A DNA stretch of 64,000 nucleotides from Marsupella aquatica (taxonomy: Eukaryota > Plantae > Marchantiophyta). Where the stretch lies: the NCBI GenBank assembly GCA_973895155.1, contig OZ316893.1, positions 13,098,359 to 13,162,358 on the forward strand, read 5' to 3'. The translations under genes were made by a program, and so were the position numbers. The first letter of the stretch is position 1; every line of letters starts with the position of its first letter. This document shows, piece by piece, positions 13,319-26,800 of the stretch. A model generated the notes under the pieces. That model was not told the DNA's origin. It did not search any database and was given only the letters and a program-made list of their open reading frames with translations.

Positions 13319-15722
13319 GGACCTAATGAAGTGATTAACACTCGAAAGCTATGTACAGCCGTAATGCATAGTACTGCTTCTGGTCACTTCGTTCGTTGAC
13401 TTCATGATAGGGATTGCCTGGCTAGCTCACACGGTTTCTATTCTGCCATCTTATTCCTCCGAGCCAATTTGTTCGAGCTCCAACATCGAAGCAATCCTTT
13501 TGAATAGATTAAATGACTTCCAAAGCTGCAATGTTGGCTTACACAAGCAGTTTCTTCCAATTTCAGATTAGAGTTAAATAGTCCCCGTGACTGCAGGTGA
13601 GGTTACTTCTCACTGCGTCTTCTCACAGCCGTGGGCTGAAATCTATTGAAATTGTTCAAATCACAGTGCAAAGCGATTTTGCGAACTCTTCAGAGAATGT
13701 ATTCGTCAATGAGGATGCAAAAATTGGTGTACATAATTATATACTGGTCGTTGTTTTGTTTATCCTCCCATCACATTCTGCGAATATGAAGTCAATGTCA
13801 CGTTACTGACTTGGGATCCAGGGCATGATGGAGTGGACCAATTTAAGCTGACCGAAGCGCAAGGTCCTACCACGAATGTCTTTACAGATTTCCTGAAACG
13901 ATATCCGACATTGGGCTGACATGAAATATTGCCGAAAAGCTTGTAGATACAGATATTGGGCAATATGTTTTTGCCTTCAAAGATTTCCTACAAGCTGAAA
14001 AAAATATAAGAATAAATTGTTGGGAGGCAACTTTCTTCCGACTCGCTTGTGTAACTCCACAAAACTTACAGCCGCCGTGATAGTTTCCCGGTTCTCCGAA
14101 CTCCAAAGGCTGTACAGTTATACTATGTCAATTGAATGGGTTGTCCACATGTCGTTTGCCACGAGGTTATTAAATGATTAATCTATTCCGGATTAATTCC
14201 CAAAAACGGATTTCTGGAGATTTTTATTTCAAAAACATGATGCTGTTCAGCTGTTCTGAAAGAGACCAAACTGGACAAATTAAATAATTAATTGTGAGCT
14301 TCTGGATCGCGGAGTAGGAATTCTGGCGCACAAAGCATTGTTCATTTTCTCATTTTGGGGGCCCACAGGCCGGCGTTTCAGTTCACGGCTTGGCGTAAAC
14401 TGATGAACTGATTTATGGCAATAATAAATGAAATGATTCACAGCAAAGTCAGCATTGTCGTTGCCGAATTTATTGTCAGTCTCGACTTTCTAGGTGGCTC
14501 ATATATATCAGATTTAAGTCGGCTGACTGCCCCAAAAGGACACATTAAGTACATGGAGTTGAAATTGAGATCAAAGCTGCGAGACAGCTGAGCCTAGACT
14601 GTGAGTACTCAACTACTCATTCTGTGAAGTCGTGAAGAATTGAAGATGAAACAGATGACGCTTTGAACAAGCTTAGGCACGCTTAGAATTATGAACATTA
14701 CAATGTCTGGCGCAGCCTTTATAAGTTAGGTGAAAGGATTGAGGTGAAAAGGCAAATTATTGTCACAACAGGTACGTATGTAGGATAAATGGATGTTGAT
14801 GGTCAAACCTGGAATAACTCTTTACGCACAAAATACATACGGACGAGCGGAGGTTGCTACCAAGAACCAGATAGGAAAACCCTCGTTAACTTCTCTTCCT
14901 AAGAAAATACTGAGTACCTAAGAATGGACGATATTGACTGAATTCTGCATCACTGCCAGTGCTATGGGGGAAGCATAAAATTAGTCTGTCTAGGAAATTT
15001 GTAATCTTAAAAACCGAATAATTAATCTTCATAAATGTTTGCAGAAAATATGAAGTATACACCCCGAAGAAAATAGATCAATTGCAAATGAAAGGGAAAG
15101 TGAAAAGTTACAGTACCTTTCATATAGGAGTAGTTCATAGAAATAATACGAGTTCTTCGGAACGATCTTTAGTGCTTGCCCTGTTCTCGTGTATGCTAGT
15201 ATTCATCTGAGTTATCGCAGCTTCCCTTCCGGCCTGGAGATGAGTCATTCAGTAGGACAAGTTCTAGAATCTCGATTGAACAGCAGTGGTAATGGCAAGA
15301 TCGTACGAAAAGACGAGCTGTACGCCTGTACCAGTATTCAACATGGATATATGGATCCATCGATGTCAACGGGAGTAGACAGACCTTAACTAAGACATTC
15401 ATTGCACGCTGCCGGTCTCCTTCCGCATCCATCTGCCGCGATCCACTGCTCCACCTCCCTTGAATGCCCTATCTATTCCAGACGTAAGCTAATCTATCTC
15501 CTGGATCGTTCCGCACTTCCGCGCACTGGATCTCTGCAGGCAGACTGCACACCCATCGACCGAATTTCATCGGTATATCCACTCTCTATCGCCCACTACA
15601 AATTCCACGGCACGGCAAAGCAAGGCAAGACAGTTATCAGATAGGTGACTAGAAACCTTCAGTCGAGCAGTTCATTTGCAATCATTCTGGCTAGTGCCAC
15701 ATTCTAACTAAGTCGTCGAGCA

Positions 15723-16576
15723 ATGGCCCATCTCAGCCAGGCAAGAAGCAGTGCAGTGATTCGTGCCTTGGCGATAGTGCTATGTGTGCTGTTGACGGTG
15801 GATTCCTTTGCGGCAGCAGCGACCGTGAGCATCGGTGGACAAGCGGGCTGGACACTCAAGCGCTACGGACGCATGAAGCTCAGGCGTGGTGATTCGTTAG
15901 GTAAATGGTTTCTCTAAACTCTTCGGGCAGAAGACATTGGCAAATTATGTAGATGTCACCAGCAGGCCCAAGGTTATGCTAGCTGTAGCATCTCTTTCTG
16001 AGAGTTCTAATTACAATATAATATTGACGCTGAATAATGTGCGGTGTAGCATTACTTGTCTCGACAAAGAACGGAACGATGCAGTAACATCAATGTGTCT
16101 TTCAAGTTCTAGACAATCGCATTGAGCTAGTTGTGCTGACGCAGATAGAGTTTCTATGCCTGGCAAGCACACGAGCAGAGTCCGTAAAGTCCGATCGAGA
16201 TAGAGCAATATACTAGGCAACTTCCGACAATTTGTGTTTCTTTTTGGGAATCCTTTTATCATTGAACGCCTTATTGTGAATTTTCTTTCCTCGGAACGAT
16301 CTGGATTTAAGCACTGTAGCGACCTAGCTTGACCGTCCTACCATCCTGGGATCTGTTCCTGTTTTCACAGTTTTCAACTACAACCCGAGGGATCACAACG
16401 TGCTTCAAGTCAGCCAGGCGGATTATAACAAGTGCTACGTGCCACCCAGGGCAATAACGCAGCACTCCTCAGGGAAGGATTCCATAACACTCAGCAATCC
16501 AGGAACTTACTACTTCATTTGTGGAGTTCCTGGACACTGCAGCGCCGGAATGAGGGTGGCTGTCACTGTCCGCTGA
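15723..16576 (+). CDS. Plantacyanin / basic blue copper protein (phytocyanin), secreted; exons 15723-15900 and 16371-16576
   Basis: Signal peptide, then IGGQAGWT...GDSL|VFNYNPRDHNV...C...SGKDSITL.NPGTYYFICGVPGHCSAGMRVAVTV*. Type-1 Cu ligands His, Cys, His, Met and the disulfide Cys pair are present. Phase-1 GT-AG intron. Confidence 0.95.
15735..15755 (+). promoter_or_regulatory. miR408 target site
   Basis: AGCCAGGCAAGAAGCAGTGCA is 19/21 complementary to miR408 UGCACUGCCUCUUCCCUGGCU (miRNA sequence recalled). It lies just after the start codon, as in other plantacyanins. Confidence 0.8.
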
Positions 16577-18772
16577 AGAACGGCAGCAATGGGAATTCTG
16601 GGCCGCTCAGCTACCACTCTGATCGATCGAGCTCTGGGCGGATGATCCCCTTGCTGCAAATGGCAGGAGTTTTAGCGACGATACGGCAGATCGCCAATAG
16701 AAACCACGAGAGAATAGTACTTGTTTTGTTTGTCAAGGTCCAGCTTAGTAGGCTTGAGTCCAGCTTAATCGCTCTTGCATCTGTCAAACTCTTGATAATC
16801 TGTTTCTGTACTTGAAATTGGTGAAATGCGATGATGGGAACTCGATATGTGCCCATATCAGTCAGTCATCCCACTGCTGGTGTTTTGTTTGTTTTCCTAC
16901 GATTGACTGTTTATTCTAGCAACATGATTCTTCAAGCTAGCTGACTGAGCAGCAGGTGTGGTTACAGATTTGATTACAAGTCGATGAAATTAGAAGGGTG
17001 TCTAGAGATTTCGAACTTGTTGGTCAGATGCTTGCATTCACAGACGAAGCTTTAGCTCATGACCGTCGTTGGTAGGATGATCACTAGTCAAAACAAATCG
17101 ATTTCAACCAGGTCAGGTTTCTGTCGACTAGCAAGTAACACTAGTCAAAGAAACTGCAATACGACTCGGGGCCCTACAATTCTAAAACTATTGATGGAAC
17201 AATCGATCATTTTATTGTGCCATCTTAAAGTACGCAAGGGGAATCCATACAATCTACCTGTACAGTCAAAGGAAAAAGCTGCGATCTTTACGACCAGCAT
17301 GTAATGAATATATATTACCAAATTATACCGAGAAGACGAACCCTGATTAACACCAAATACGTATCAAGCTATCCATTAAAATAGTAGATTAAGTGAACTG
17401 GTTAGTGAATTAAGTAGGACATTTACCATGTGAACCCAATCTTGCTAACTGAAACTTAAGTATGATTGGATGAAGGTTTACTCTTCTCCCCAGTTACATC
17501 ACTTCTGGATTGTTATTCTCAGTGACCAGTGGCTTTTGCTTTAGAAAAGAAGGCAGGCAACAGTACAATTTGAGAACCACCATCCTGTATGGCACCTATT
17601 GTAATGAATCCAAGGGACAAGGCGGCACCTCCATTTCCCTTGGCACCATTTCCCTTGGCACCATTTCCCTTGGCACTTAGATTGCACACTGCAGATTTGG
17701 ATCAGGGCATTAGAAAGTAGAGGAGCTCGTTAAGAGGCTATTATTGCCAACAGTGCCCTAGTAAGAAGACGTTAATACACTTGAAGGGACATCGTAAGTG
17801 TACAAAAGATTTTTACTAGGTACAATGCCCTAGTAAGAAGGCGTTTACTAGGGCACTGTGGGCAATGAAAATTTGATTTAGGGGAATTATGGCCCATAAT
17901 ACCTGGTAAACAAAACTTCACTATATTCCCTTCGTGATTTTCCCCTTTGTATTTTCCAGAGAGCATTCTGGAAACATAATGCCCAGGTCAAGATCTGGAT
18001 CATCACCTCTGCGCCCGGGCCTCTGTGATCATAACCTATGTGGTACGATTTCTCAACTTTTACGAAAGCTGTGCGCAGGTCAAGATCTATTTATGTAAAG
18101 CCAGGACAAATGACAGCTTTCATAATATTTTAGTGCTGTCATAATGATTATTAGTATGATTAAATCTATTTATGATTAAATCAATATTAATATAATTTAG
18201 TGCTGTCATTTTACCTAGCTTTACACTCCATTTCCATTTACCTTTTTTACTATGTACTATAATTCCCGGCCCGGAAAGTCTTACCCTATAATATTTTATC
18301 CGGACAGGTTTTACTTATGATAATGGCTAGGATTCTAGTCTGAAACTTGTTCTTACCCTATAATATTTTATCCTGACAGGTATATTCTAGTCTGAAACTT
18401 GTTCTCACAAAGTCAGGTATTACTTATGATAATGGTTGGGATTCTAGCCTGAAACTTGTTCCCACAAAGCTAAGAAAAATTCCCCGGTTAGTTGCTGGTT
18501 AGCATTTCCTTATTATCTGGTCACAGGCTAGTAACGTTAGACCAAATTATCATTACCCTATATTTAATGTCCCCTAAAGAGCACTTGGCTAGTAACCCAG
18601 ACCAAACCATTACCCATTCTCTGGTCACAAGCTAGTAACTCGGGTACATAATATCATCAGTTATCAATGTTTTTCTCTCTCGAATTTTGAAATCAATATT
18701 TTTTTGTTCAAGATTTTTTTTGTTCTGTTTTTATTTTCTCGTATTGCAAGTTGACGACCTTTGTGAGCTGAG

Positions 18773-19116
18773 TGTTAGATATTGCTCTAGTTTTGTGACT
18801 CATGAGTTAACCACAATTAGTCTAACTCTGGTTAGGACTTAGCTAATGTTAGCGGTTGTGCTGGTGTGCATATAGCCAGGGCTGATGCTAGACCCTGGGG
18901 GAACTTAGGCTCATTGTTACGGAGCTAGTTGAGAGATAGGGAGAGCTTGTGCTGTGGATGTTTGGTATGGCCGGTCGGCCTAGAGTGCAGTAAAGCTCTT
19001 GTGTGTTCCCGTGGACGTAGCCTCATGTGGAGGTGAACCACGTATCTCTCTGTGTCGACTATTGTGCGTTGGAAGGTTCATGGGCTTGCCGTTACGAATG
19101 TCGTCTATGCTCAACA
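18773..19116. mobile_element. Solo LTR, 344 bp
   Basis: TGTTAG...CTCAACA termini. 5-bp TSD CTGAG at 18768-18772 and 19117-19121. Homologous to 56920-57264. Confidence 0.92.
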
Positions 19117-19294
19117 CTGAGATGGGAGCTGATATTGGGTGGACTAATGAAAGTGATTGATACATGATGATATTAATTATCTCCTAGTACCCAGAGACCC
19201 CGGTTTAACCTAACGGGCAACTTGACACCTTGCCGGGCACGTAAAACAGTCAAATGACGGCCCCAAAACTGAAAGTTTGACGCATATTTGCCGA

Positions 19295-19755
19295 GATTCT
19301 TCGGAACTCCCCTGGACCCTCCCCAGACCCTTCCCGAACTCCCCCTGGACCCCCCCGGACAATTCCCAGACTCCCCCGGACACTTCCCGGACCTCTCCCG
19401 AACCGGCTCCCCCGAACCCAGCTCCCCCTGGACAACCCCCCTCCCCCCCGACCCCGGCCCGGACCTCTCCCGAACTCGGCCTGGACCCTTCCCGACCTCC
19501 CCCCGGACCCCCACGAACAATTCCCGGATGCCCCCGGACACTTCTCGGACCTCTCCTAACCCAGCTCCCCCACACCCGGACCGGCTCCCCCTCCCCCCTA
19601 CGGACCAGGGCCCCCTCCACCCCCCCCCCCCGGACTGACTCCCCCGAACCCCCCCGGACCAGACCCCCCTCCCCCCATCCCGGCCCGGACCTCTCCCAAA
19701 CTCGGCCCAGACCCGGCCCGAACTTGTCCCGACCCGGACTGCTCCCGAACCTGGG
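19295..19755. repeat. C-rich degenerate minisatellite (CCCGGAC / CCCGAAC units)
   Basis: Strong C/G strand skew. The region 18549-19880 is bracketed by a ~70-bp direct repeat ATCATTACCCTATATTTAATGTCCCC...CACTTGGCTAGTAACCC (~18549-18615 and ~19811-19880). Confidence 0.85.
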
Positions 19756-21008
19756 TGCCGGGTTGGTTTTTAGGCCAGTTTGACGAGCAAGGTCAAACCG
19801 GGCCAGAGACATCATTACCCTATATTTAATGTCCCCCTAAGAACACTTGGCTAGTAACCCATACCAAACCGTCATTACCCTCTACTAAATGCCCCCTATA
19901 AACAGCACCGGACGTCCGGACTGTATACGAAATTTCTTGCACTTATAGCAGGACCAAGGTTGCAGTTATCGAGGTCTCAATGTGCTCCGACTGATTGACC
20001 CGAGCTTTCCAGAACTCTCACTTGAAGCGCAAGCCAAAAGCACTGGAGCTTGAGCTTTGTGTGGGACCACGAGGAAATCGTCTGCTTCGTGAGAAGTGCC
20101 CCCCATGCGATTCGGTTCTAGACTCCTCCCGGCCATCTCAAGCTGGCTCGTCTGCCTCTGGCGGAGAAGTGGAGCCTGAATTTCGGTGCCCTGCCTACGG
20201 ACGAAGAAAGTCGTGAAGCAAAAGGCTTCCTCCATGTCGTTGCAGTTTCCTTGCCCAGCCTCCAATTGACGGAGAGGAGGAGGATCCTTGTACGCGGATG
20301 AAGAAAGGGTTGAAAGAAGGTTTGAAAGCATTCCTTTGGACCGCACAGAAGCGAGGATGAGGCCTTTCTCCTATTCGCGGCGAATGCAGAGCGTGCGAGC
20401 GAACAGCCGATCGGAATTCAATTCTTATTTCAGTCTTCGTCCAAATACTTGCGAACGATTCCTTGATTGAACCTCGCGCGGAATTCGGGACGAGGCGACA
20501 TCTGAAATGCAGGCAATTGGGCAGAGTATAGCGGAGCTGAGCAGAGGAGGTGTGAGTTCTGTGAAAGCTCCGCGATTAGGTCACGGAGAGGTGAGGTGGG
20601 GCGTTTCCTGGTTGTGAACGCTGAGAGTACAGTGCGAGTGGGAGCAGGGGAAGAGGTTCACATAATCGTAGGTAGACGAGCTTTGCTGGGCCAAACTGGA
20701 AAAAATCACTTGGCTGGGTCGTTGTTGGCTTGTTTGTGTTTGTGAAATGCAGCAGACAGTTCTGTGAACGAACTGAGTTCGAGCTTTCGGGAGCAGGGGA
20801 GGGAAAACTATATCATACTTTACCAGACCATGATGCTCGTTCTGTGAGAATTGCAGTGCGAGGTTGCAGCTTTTTTTTTCCTCTAAATCGATTAATGGAT
20901 TTGTTTCTTTGAACCTTGGTGAAGAAATGGTGGACAAGAAATTGGAAGCAGACAGAATTAACTCCTGAACTTGCTAAGGTGTAATATCTGCGCTACTCCA
21001 GTGTGCTA

Positions 21009-21995
21009 ATGCTCACAGAGGACGCCTCTCCGATCCGACGTGACATGTCAGACTTGCAGTTGGAGCCTCCGTTACAGCCCGTGCCGTCGCTGTTAAATCT
21101 CTCCATAGACAAAGTAGCTGCGAACATCGACAGACTCGTTACGCTCAAGGGCGTACCTGATCACATCGTGGCAGTTCTCTTCGAGGTACTGGTCCAATGT
21201 TTGCTGCTGGGGACCTTCTAATCCTGCTTGTATGTGTCTTTCTGGTGTGAATCGGGTGTCATGCACTAGGACTTACCCTAGCGTCCAGTTCGGTCCTTAG
21301 ACTTTTATGGGCTCCACAAGGGTTGCAGTACGTCCTGTTCATTATGAATCTTGTAGGATCGCTGTTATGTGGATGTATAGCATTTGTTGGGAATCAGTTT
21401 CTGTGACTCCAAAATTCAGAAGTCCCTACTCCTCACCCAGTAAAGTTGGTCTTCGAAACATGGTTTCTGGTCGATAGCGATGAGACTAATGCATATGGGG
21501 TTGATATTCGTTTATTTATTTCTATGCATTATGTACCTCTCTAGAACAATGAAGGGTCTTCTGCTGAGGTTGGCATCCATGTTACCGTTCTTCTTCATGC
21601 TCTCACGTGTGCGATTTCTCTTTTTGAGAAATTAAGGACCGACTGAATCATTAGTATTCAACTCGGAATTAAGTCTGTTCATGTAATATGGAAGGAGACT
21701 AACGTCGAGCGTGGGTTGCAGAAAACACTTGAAGCAAGCAAACTGAACGATGCTATTTTGAAGATGTTTCTCGCAACCGGCAACAATTGGGTGCGAAAAA
21801 GAGTCAGGGACCTTGGCATAAGGCCAGCGCAGCGACCCGTGCTGCCAACGAGTTAGTTGCTTTATGTCCCTGGTGCCGGGGTATTGTGTTGTGTGTGCAC
21901 TGATGAATTGTCTGATAGGTTACTAGTCTTCCCTTGTCTTACTCATGTTGTGTCTTTGTATGGATGGTGCAGCATGTTCAGGAAAAATACTTTGA
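21009..21995 (+). CDS. Small conserved plant hypothetical protein; exons 21009-21185, 21722-21851, 21973-21995
   Basis: PVPSLLNLSIDKVAANIDRLVTLKGVPDHIVAVLFE|KTLEASKLNDAILKMFLATGN...RPVLPT|TCSGKIL*. GT-AG junctions keep frame. The start codon (21009 or 21046) and the last exon are uncertain. Confidence 0.7.
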
Positions 21996-24900
21996 ACCTG
22001 ATCTACCATACCTGGGTATGTTCTGGAGATCGAGCAAGTCATGAGGATATTGTCTTTACAGGGAAGGGGCTCCAAACATTCCCATGTTGTTCATGTAAAT
22101 AGTTATCGATTCATTATACATCCTAGACCATCAATCCAAGGTAGCTCTTCCTTCATTTATGAGAGTAGAATCTCTGTTATTTAGGTGTCGTGATGAAGAT
22201 TCCATGTAAAGGTGCTGTATGCGGCTTATTAAATCGCTTTTCCGGATGATGTGACGGGAAGACTTGAAGAGCTTTAGCTGCCAACTTTGGCACGGATGTG
22301 GATCAGCCGGACAAAGTCAAATTTTGAAGGCTTGAAATTTTATTCGTAAGAGAAACTGAGACCATCAGAATAGGTATAGAAAGTGAAGGGAAATTCTGGA
22401 TGGAACGTATGATATGCGGCATCCTCAACGAAGGGGTCTTGTCAAGCCGGCCACTTTGTCTTATTGCATAATCAAATTTCATAACGATAGAATGGCCTAG
22501 CTTGAGAGATGCTAGCCATCAACTTAGATGAAGCATTTTAGGAGAGACGCAAGCTGCAAAAGGTTTTAGGGTAGTCAGGAGGCTTGTGAGAGCTTCTTAC
22601 CCTCCCGTATCCAGGGGTGCAAAACCAATTTAGTCACATCCATCACCTCACAAGGCTTTCATTTTTGCTCAGCCACAATTGGAAAGGCAATTAATGCGGG
22701 GCACTTCTAAGAATTGATGGACCGTCATTTGATCCTGATCTCGTCAGATACGAACGATAAATCGTTCATGGATGGAACCCGTGATGATAGGGAAACCCTC
22801 TACGAATAAGCTTCTTCAATTTCTGTTCGAAAGGATTAGGATCTTCTACAATGGATTTTTCTAAACTCGGGTACAGCGCCATTGAATATAAGAAAGTTAT
22901 AAGCTTTAAATGGATGTAAGGGCTTTAGTGATAAAACAATCTTCTTTTCTCCCTTGCCCCATAAATGTCACTTGTTCCCTAAGTTCACTATACTTACCTT
23001 CTAATCAGGGATCTCATCTATTGGAGAGAGAGAACGGTGGGTAAATACAATGAGGGTTTAGGGGCTATCAGGGTACTCCGTTTACTGAGTGCATGTCTCT
23101 GGATTGCTTTTTAAGAATTGGAAACGACATTGTCCAGCAGTCTCTTTAGTCTCTTTAGCTTTCTCAATTGAACCAGTGAGATTGACACAGCTGGTGTTGC
23201 ACTCATCTATTCCTCCCACCACCATCTGTGTGAAGTGTCCTGTTCGTAGTAACAGGCCGCCCTGTGAACTACCATGATGCTCACGGTTTGCATCTATTCT
23301 GTGGTGGAAGCATTTCACGCCTTGGAGGCAGGTCGTCTCTAGCAACTACCACCACTGTTTGAAGATCTATCCTTGTCATGGAAGAATGTCGAGCCCTTCG
23401 GGAATAGTGGGACTCCTTCGACTTACAGTCCGTATTGTTCGATGAATACTTTTTTTCACGTGCAGTGGATGAACCTGCTTATACAGATACAGCTAACAGC
23501 TGCTGAAAATGGAGAGACAGAATGGCTTCTGTTAAAAAATGTGTACTGTTTTCTTCCTTGCTCTTCAACTAATTTATGCTCAGTCCCGAAATTTATCCAA
23601 CTTTACTCTGGGCGACGACCGTCTGTTGCAGAGGTTTGTACTATCTTTCCCTGTGAACGATGGCATTGCTTCCAATTTTGGGGGTTAGCAGATTCACAGA
23701 CTTAAACCCTGGCATCCAAAGGGTCCACAATGAGGATATTTGCTGCCGTGCGCTAGTCTAGATTGACAAGGTGCTGTTATTAAAATTGGTTTAAACTATA
23801 TTTTTTCCAGCTACATCCTTCACGAAGAATCCAACTCAAAGCTGAATTGCGATTTCCAATTTCTCTGTCTTTCGGTGTGCTGACTGTGGGGCAGTTTGCT
23901 TTATGATCTAGAGTACCTTCGTCCAACGTCGATTTAGAGACGGGTCCAGCAGTGCACCCTTCGATAGAAAATGACTATAGAAGCTCTAGGGTCGTTCCAA
24001 TTCTTCTCACAATAAACTTGAGAATGGAAGCAGCAAGTCGAGATTGCTGGAGGACTGCAGTGATTCTACATCATGAGATAATATGAATGTCTAAAGATGT
24101 CTTACCAAAAGTTACAAAATCATCGAGTGTGTTTATTTTCGTTTTTTTAAATGAGCCTTCAGTACGCCAATCCTTTTTGATCTATTGTAACCTTAAGGGC
24201 TATTTTGGTCATTTGTCAGTTTTTTTCTCTTTCTTGTCTAAAAGTAAATTAAAGAAAGACAACTTTGTGACCAATAGCCACCGCGGCAATGGACCAGTGG
24301 GGGCACGAAGAGGACACAAACCAGGGGGCAAAGGCTCATGGCCATGAACTGCTGAAGCAATGGGAGAAACCCGCCCAGGGCCCCAGGTGACCAACTAAAA
24401 TCCTTGCATTGGGCCAAGAGTGAATCAAGTTCAGCCCTTTACACCCAGGCATGAAATGAGCCCAGTAACGAAGGGTCTCGGTAACTGCACATCAAAATAT
24501 GATACATATGGTGTACGATATCACTCCACACCATGATAATCTAAATCAATGAGTGCACACCGTATATTACTACATTTTGATGTGTGATTACCAGCAGGGA
24601 GTAATTTACTAACCCGAGTGATGGGGAGAGAGACCCCAGCACCTCCCATTGTGGGAACACAATTTATTATAGCAAGGAGACCAATGCCAGCAAAAGTAGT
24701 TCGAATAGATATCCATGCAAGACTCTCTATCAGTGACGGTGTGTGTGTGTAATCAGACAGTGAGGGTCCTGTCATGTTGGCCACAGTGAAATGGTGCACC
24801 GCTGCAAGCCTACAATCAATCCAAGGCCTTTTTTCAAAGTGATGCCAACACTAAAGGTCTGCAAGCAACCATCACCAATGCTAATAGAGGTGCTACTATG

Positions 24901-26454
24901 TCCCATTTTGGTCATTTGTGTTATAGATTCTATCTTCCTAATAATGTTGTATACAATATTCTGAACTTGACTTAGATTCCCTGGTATTTTGACCAATAAT
25001 AGTTCTTGGATATAGAGGTTGCTACCGAGACAAGTCAATAATCTACTAGTCTCCAACCCATGAAAATATTGACCATTCAGTAGAACAACAATCATGATAA
25101 CTCCCTTCAAAGTGGTAGTTACATGACAAATCGGATCCACTACGGCACTAGACACTACGGGGCTATAAAATTAACTTGTGACCTTGAATGTAACTCATAC
25201 TTGAAGGTGCCCAAATCATTACACGATAGCAAGCCTATGGCCCACTATACCAATGACGGAATTAACCCCCAAATCTTTGAAATAGACCATGTGTACTGTC
25301 TAACCTAACTTATAACCTTGAGTAAACTCACCATTCACAACCCCTATTACACTCACAAAACTAGCATATTTGAGAGGAGTTATAAACTTTAGTGGGATCT
25401 TGGTCCAAAATCTTTTGTTTGGAAAGGATTCTTAAGCTTGTATGACATCTATGGAAGTGTGCATTTTGATTGGGATCAGGCAGAGAGCATTTTGGGATCC
25501 CATCTGAGCTTAAAAGTTTGAATGAGGATGCCTTGCAAGCTTATGACATTATTTACAAAGACTATTCATAATCATCGTATCAGCCATTATCCCCATTGTG
25601 ATTGCATGCAGGTGGGTTTCCTGGCAACAACTCGGGGCAACAAACCTCACAAATATTTCTGCCTGAATTTGTTTGGGCCTTTCCCAGGTTTTGCCGAACA
25701 AAGGAAACAACCAAAGATTATTCAGTAACAGAAAAAAACAATATTAACCACCAAGATCTTCCTGGCAGGTATTTTCAAGAAGTCTTATTAGATAATTATC
25801 TGGGTTTTATTATTTACTAGATTGCCATCTTCTTCTGTCATTCAAGTATTGTGGCTTGCCATCTCTTTAAGACTAATTACTGCAAGGCCATTTTTCATCA
25901 TGGCTTAAATGAATTAAACCTGGTTGTTTGTTGTGACAATCCCAGGTAATTATGTAAGATGTCCTTGTTAGGAATTGACTCTAGTTTTTAACTGGAGTTG
26001 GTTTGACCTTACTCCCGGACCTTACGAGGGTTGGTTTGCTAACCAATGATTAGTTAAAGATGAGATTCCCTTAGTCCCACACATCTAAGTTTCCTTGGAG
26101 GGGTATAGGCTGGATGAACTGAAGGGCAGTCGCTTCCTCATTCTTCACATGTATTCTCTCACCCTACAGATGTTGCTAGAGTTTCTCCATCATGGTGTCA
26201 CTATGGTTTAGTGTGAGATTTGAGCGCACTCTCATATTGTGCATTCTTGCTGCCTAGTCTGATCCATCCAATTTCTTACCGTTCTGTGGAAGGACACCGT
26301 ACTGGAATTGCAAAGTGTGAAGAACGACGTTGATTTAACTCCGATTAAACCCCATATTGCAAGTTCTGTGATAATTGACGGAATAGGGCTAAACTTGCCA
26401 GAAAGGAAGTTAATATTTATTAATATTAAGATACATTTTTTTGGTTTCCTCAAC

Positions 26455-26491
26455 AAGGTTTTCTAAGTAGGTTCGAATCCTGTCTCTCCCA
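26455..26491 (+). pseudogene. trnY: 3' fragment of mitochondrial-type tRNA-Tyr (small NUMT)
   Basis: AAGGTTTTCTAAGTAGGTTCGAATCCTGTCTCTCCCA matches, as recalled, the variable arm to 3' end of plant mitochondrial trnY(GUA) (...TTTTCTACGTAGGTTCGAATCCTGCCTCTCCCA). The 5' half is absent. Confidence 0.7.
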
Positions 26492-26800
26492 AGTTTACTT
26501 CGTCTCTGACAAATGGAAGCAAAGTACAAGCACTTACAGAAGGGAGACTACTTTTCTAGCAAAGTATAGGATGTGTTAACCAACAACCCTATCTGGAAAT
26601 AACTATTAGTGGATTTGGTATTGTCACTGCACAGCTTGCTAACTCAGGCACTCCTAAGAAATAAGTAACTTTCAAACAAAGTTTTGGGTTGAGGACACAA
26701 GGTAAGTTGACTTGAACAATGAGAAAAAAAAGGTTGAATGTAAGTCTTGATATTCCACCAAAAAAGGTGGCTATGTAGAAAAACCCAGAATTAGGTATAT

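Noticed and set aside
19173-19815. Pro/Gly-rich ORFs resembling extensin or collagen
   Set aside because: Open in most frames because of C-rich low complexity, with no signal peptide or splice structure.
24200-25310. Chain of ORFs suggesting a decayed gene or virus
   Set aside because: No recognisable motif, and stop frequency in my manual translation was not clearly below chance. A tBLASTx search would be needed.
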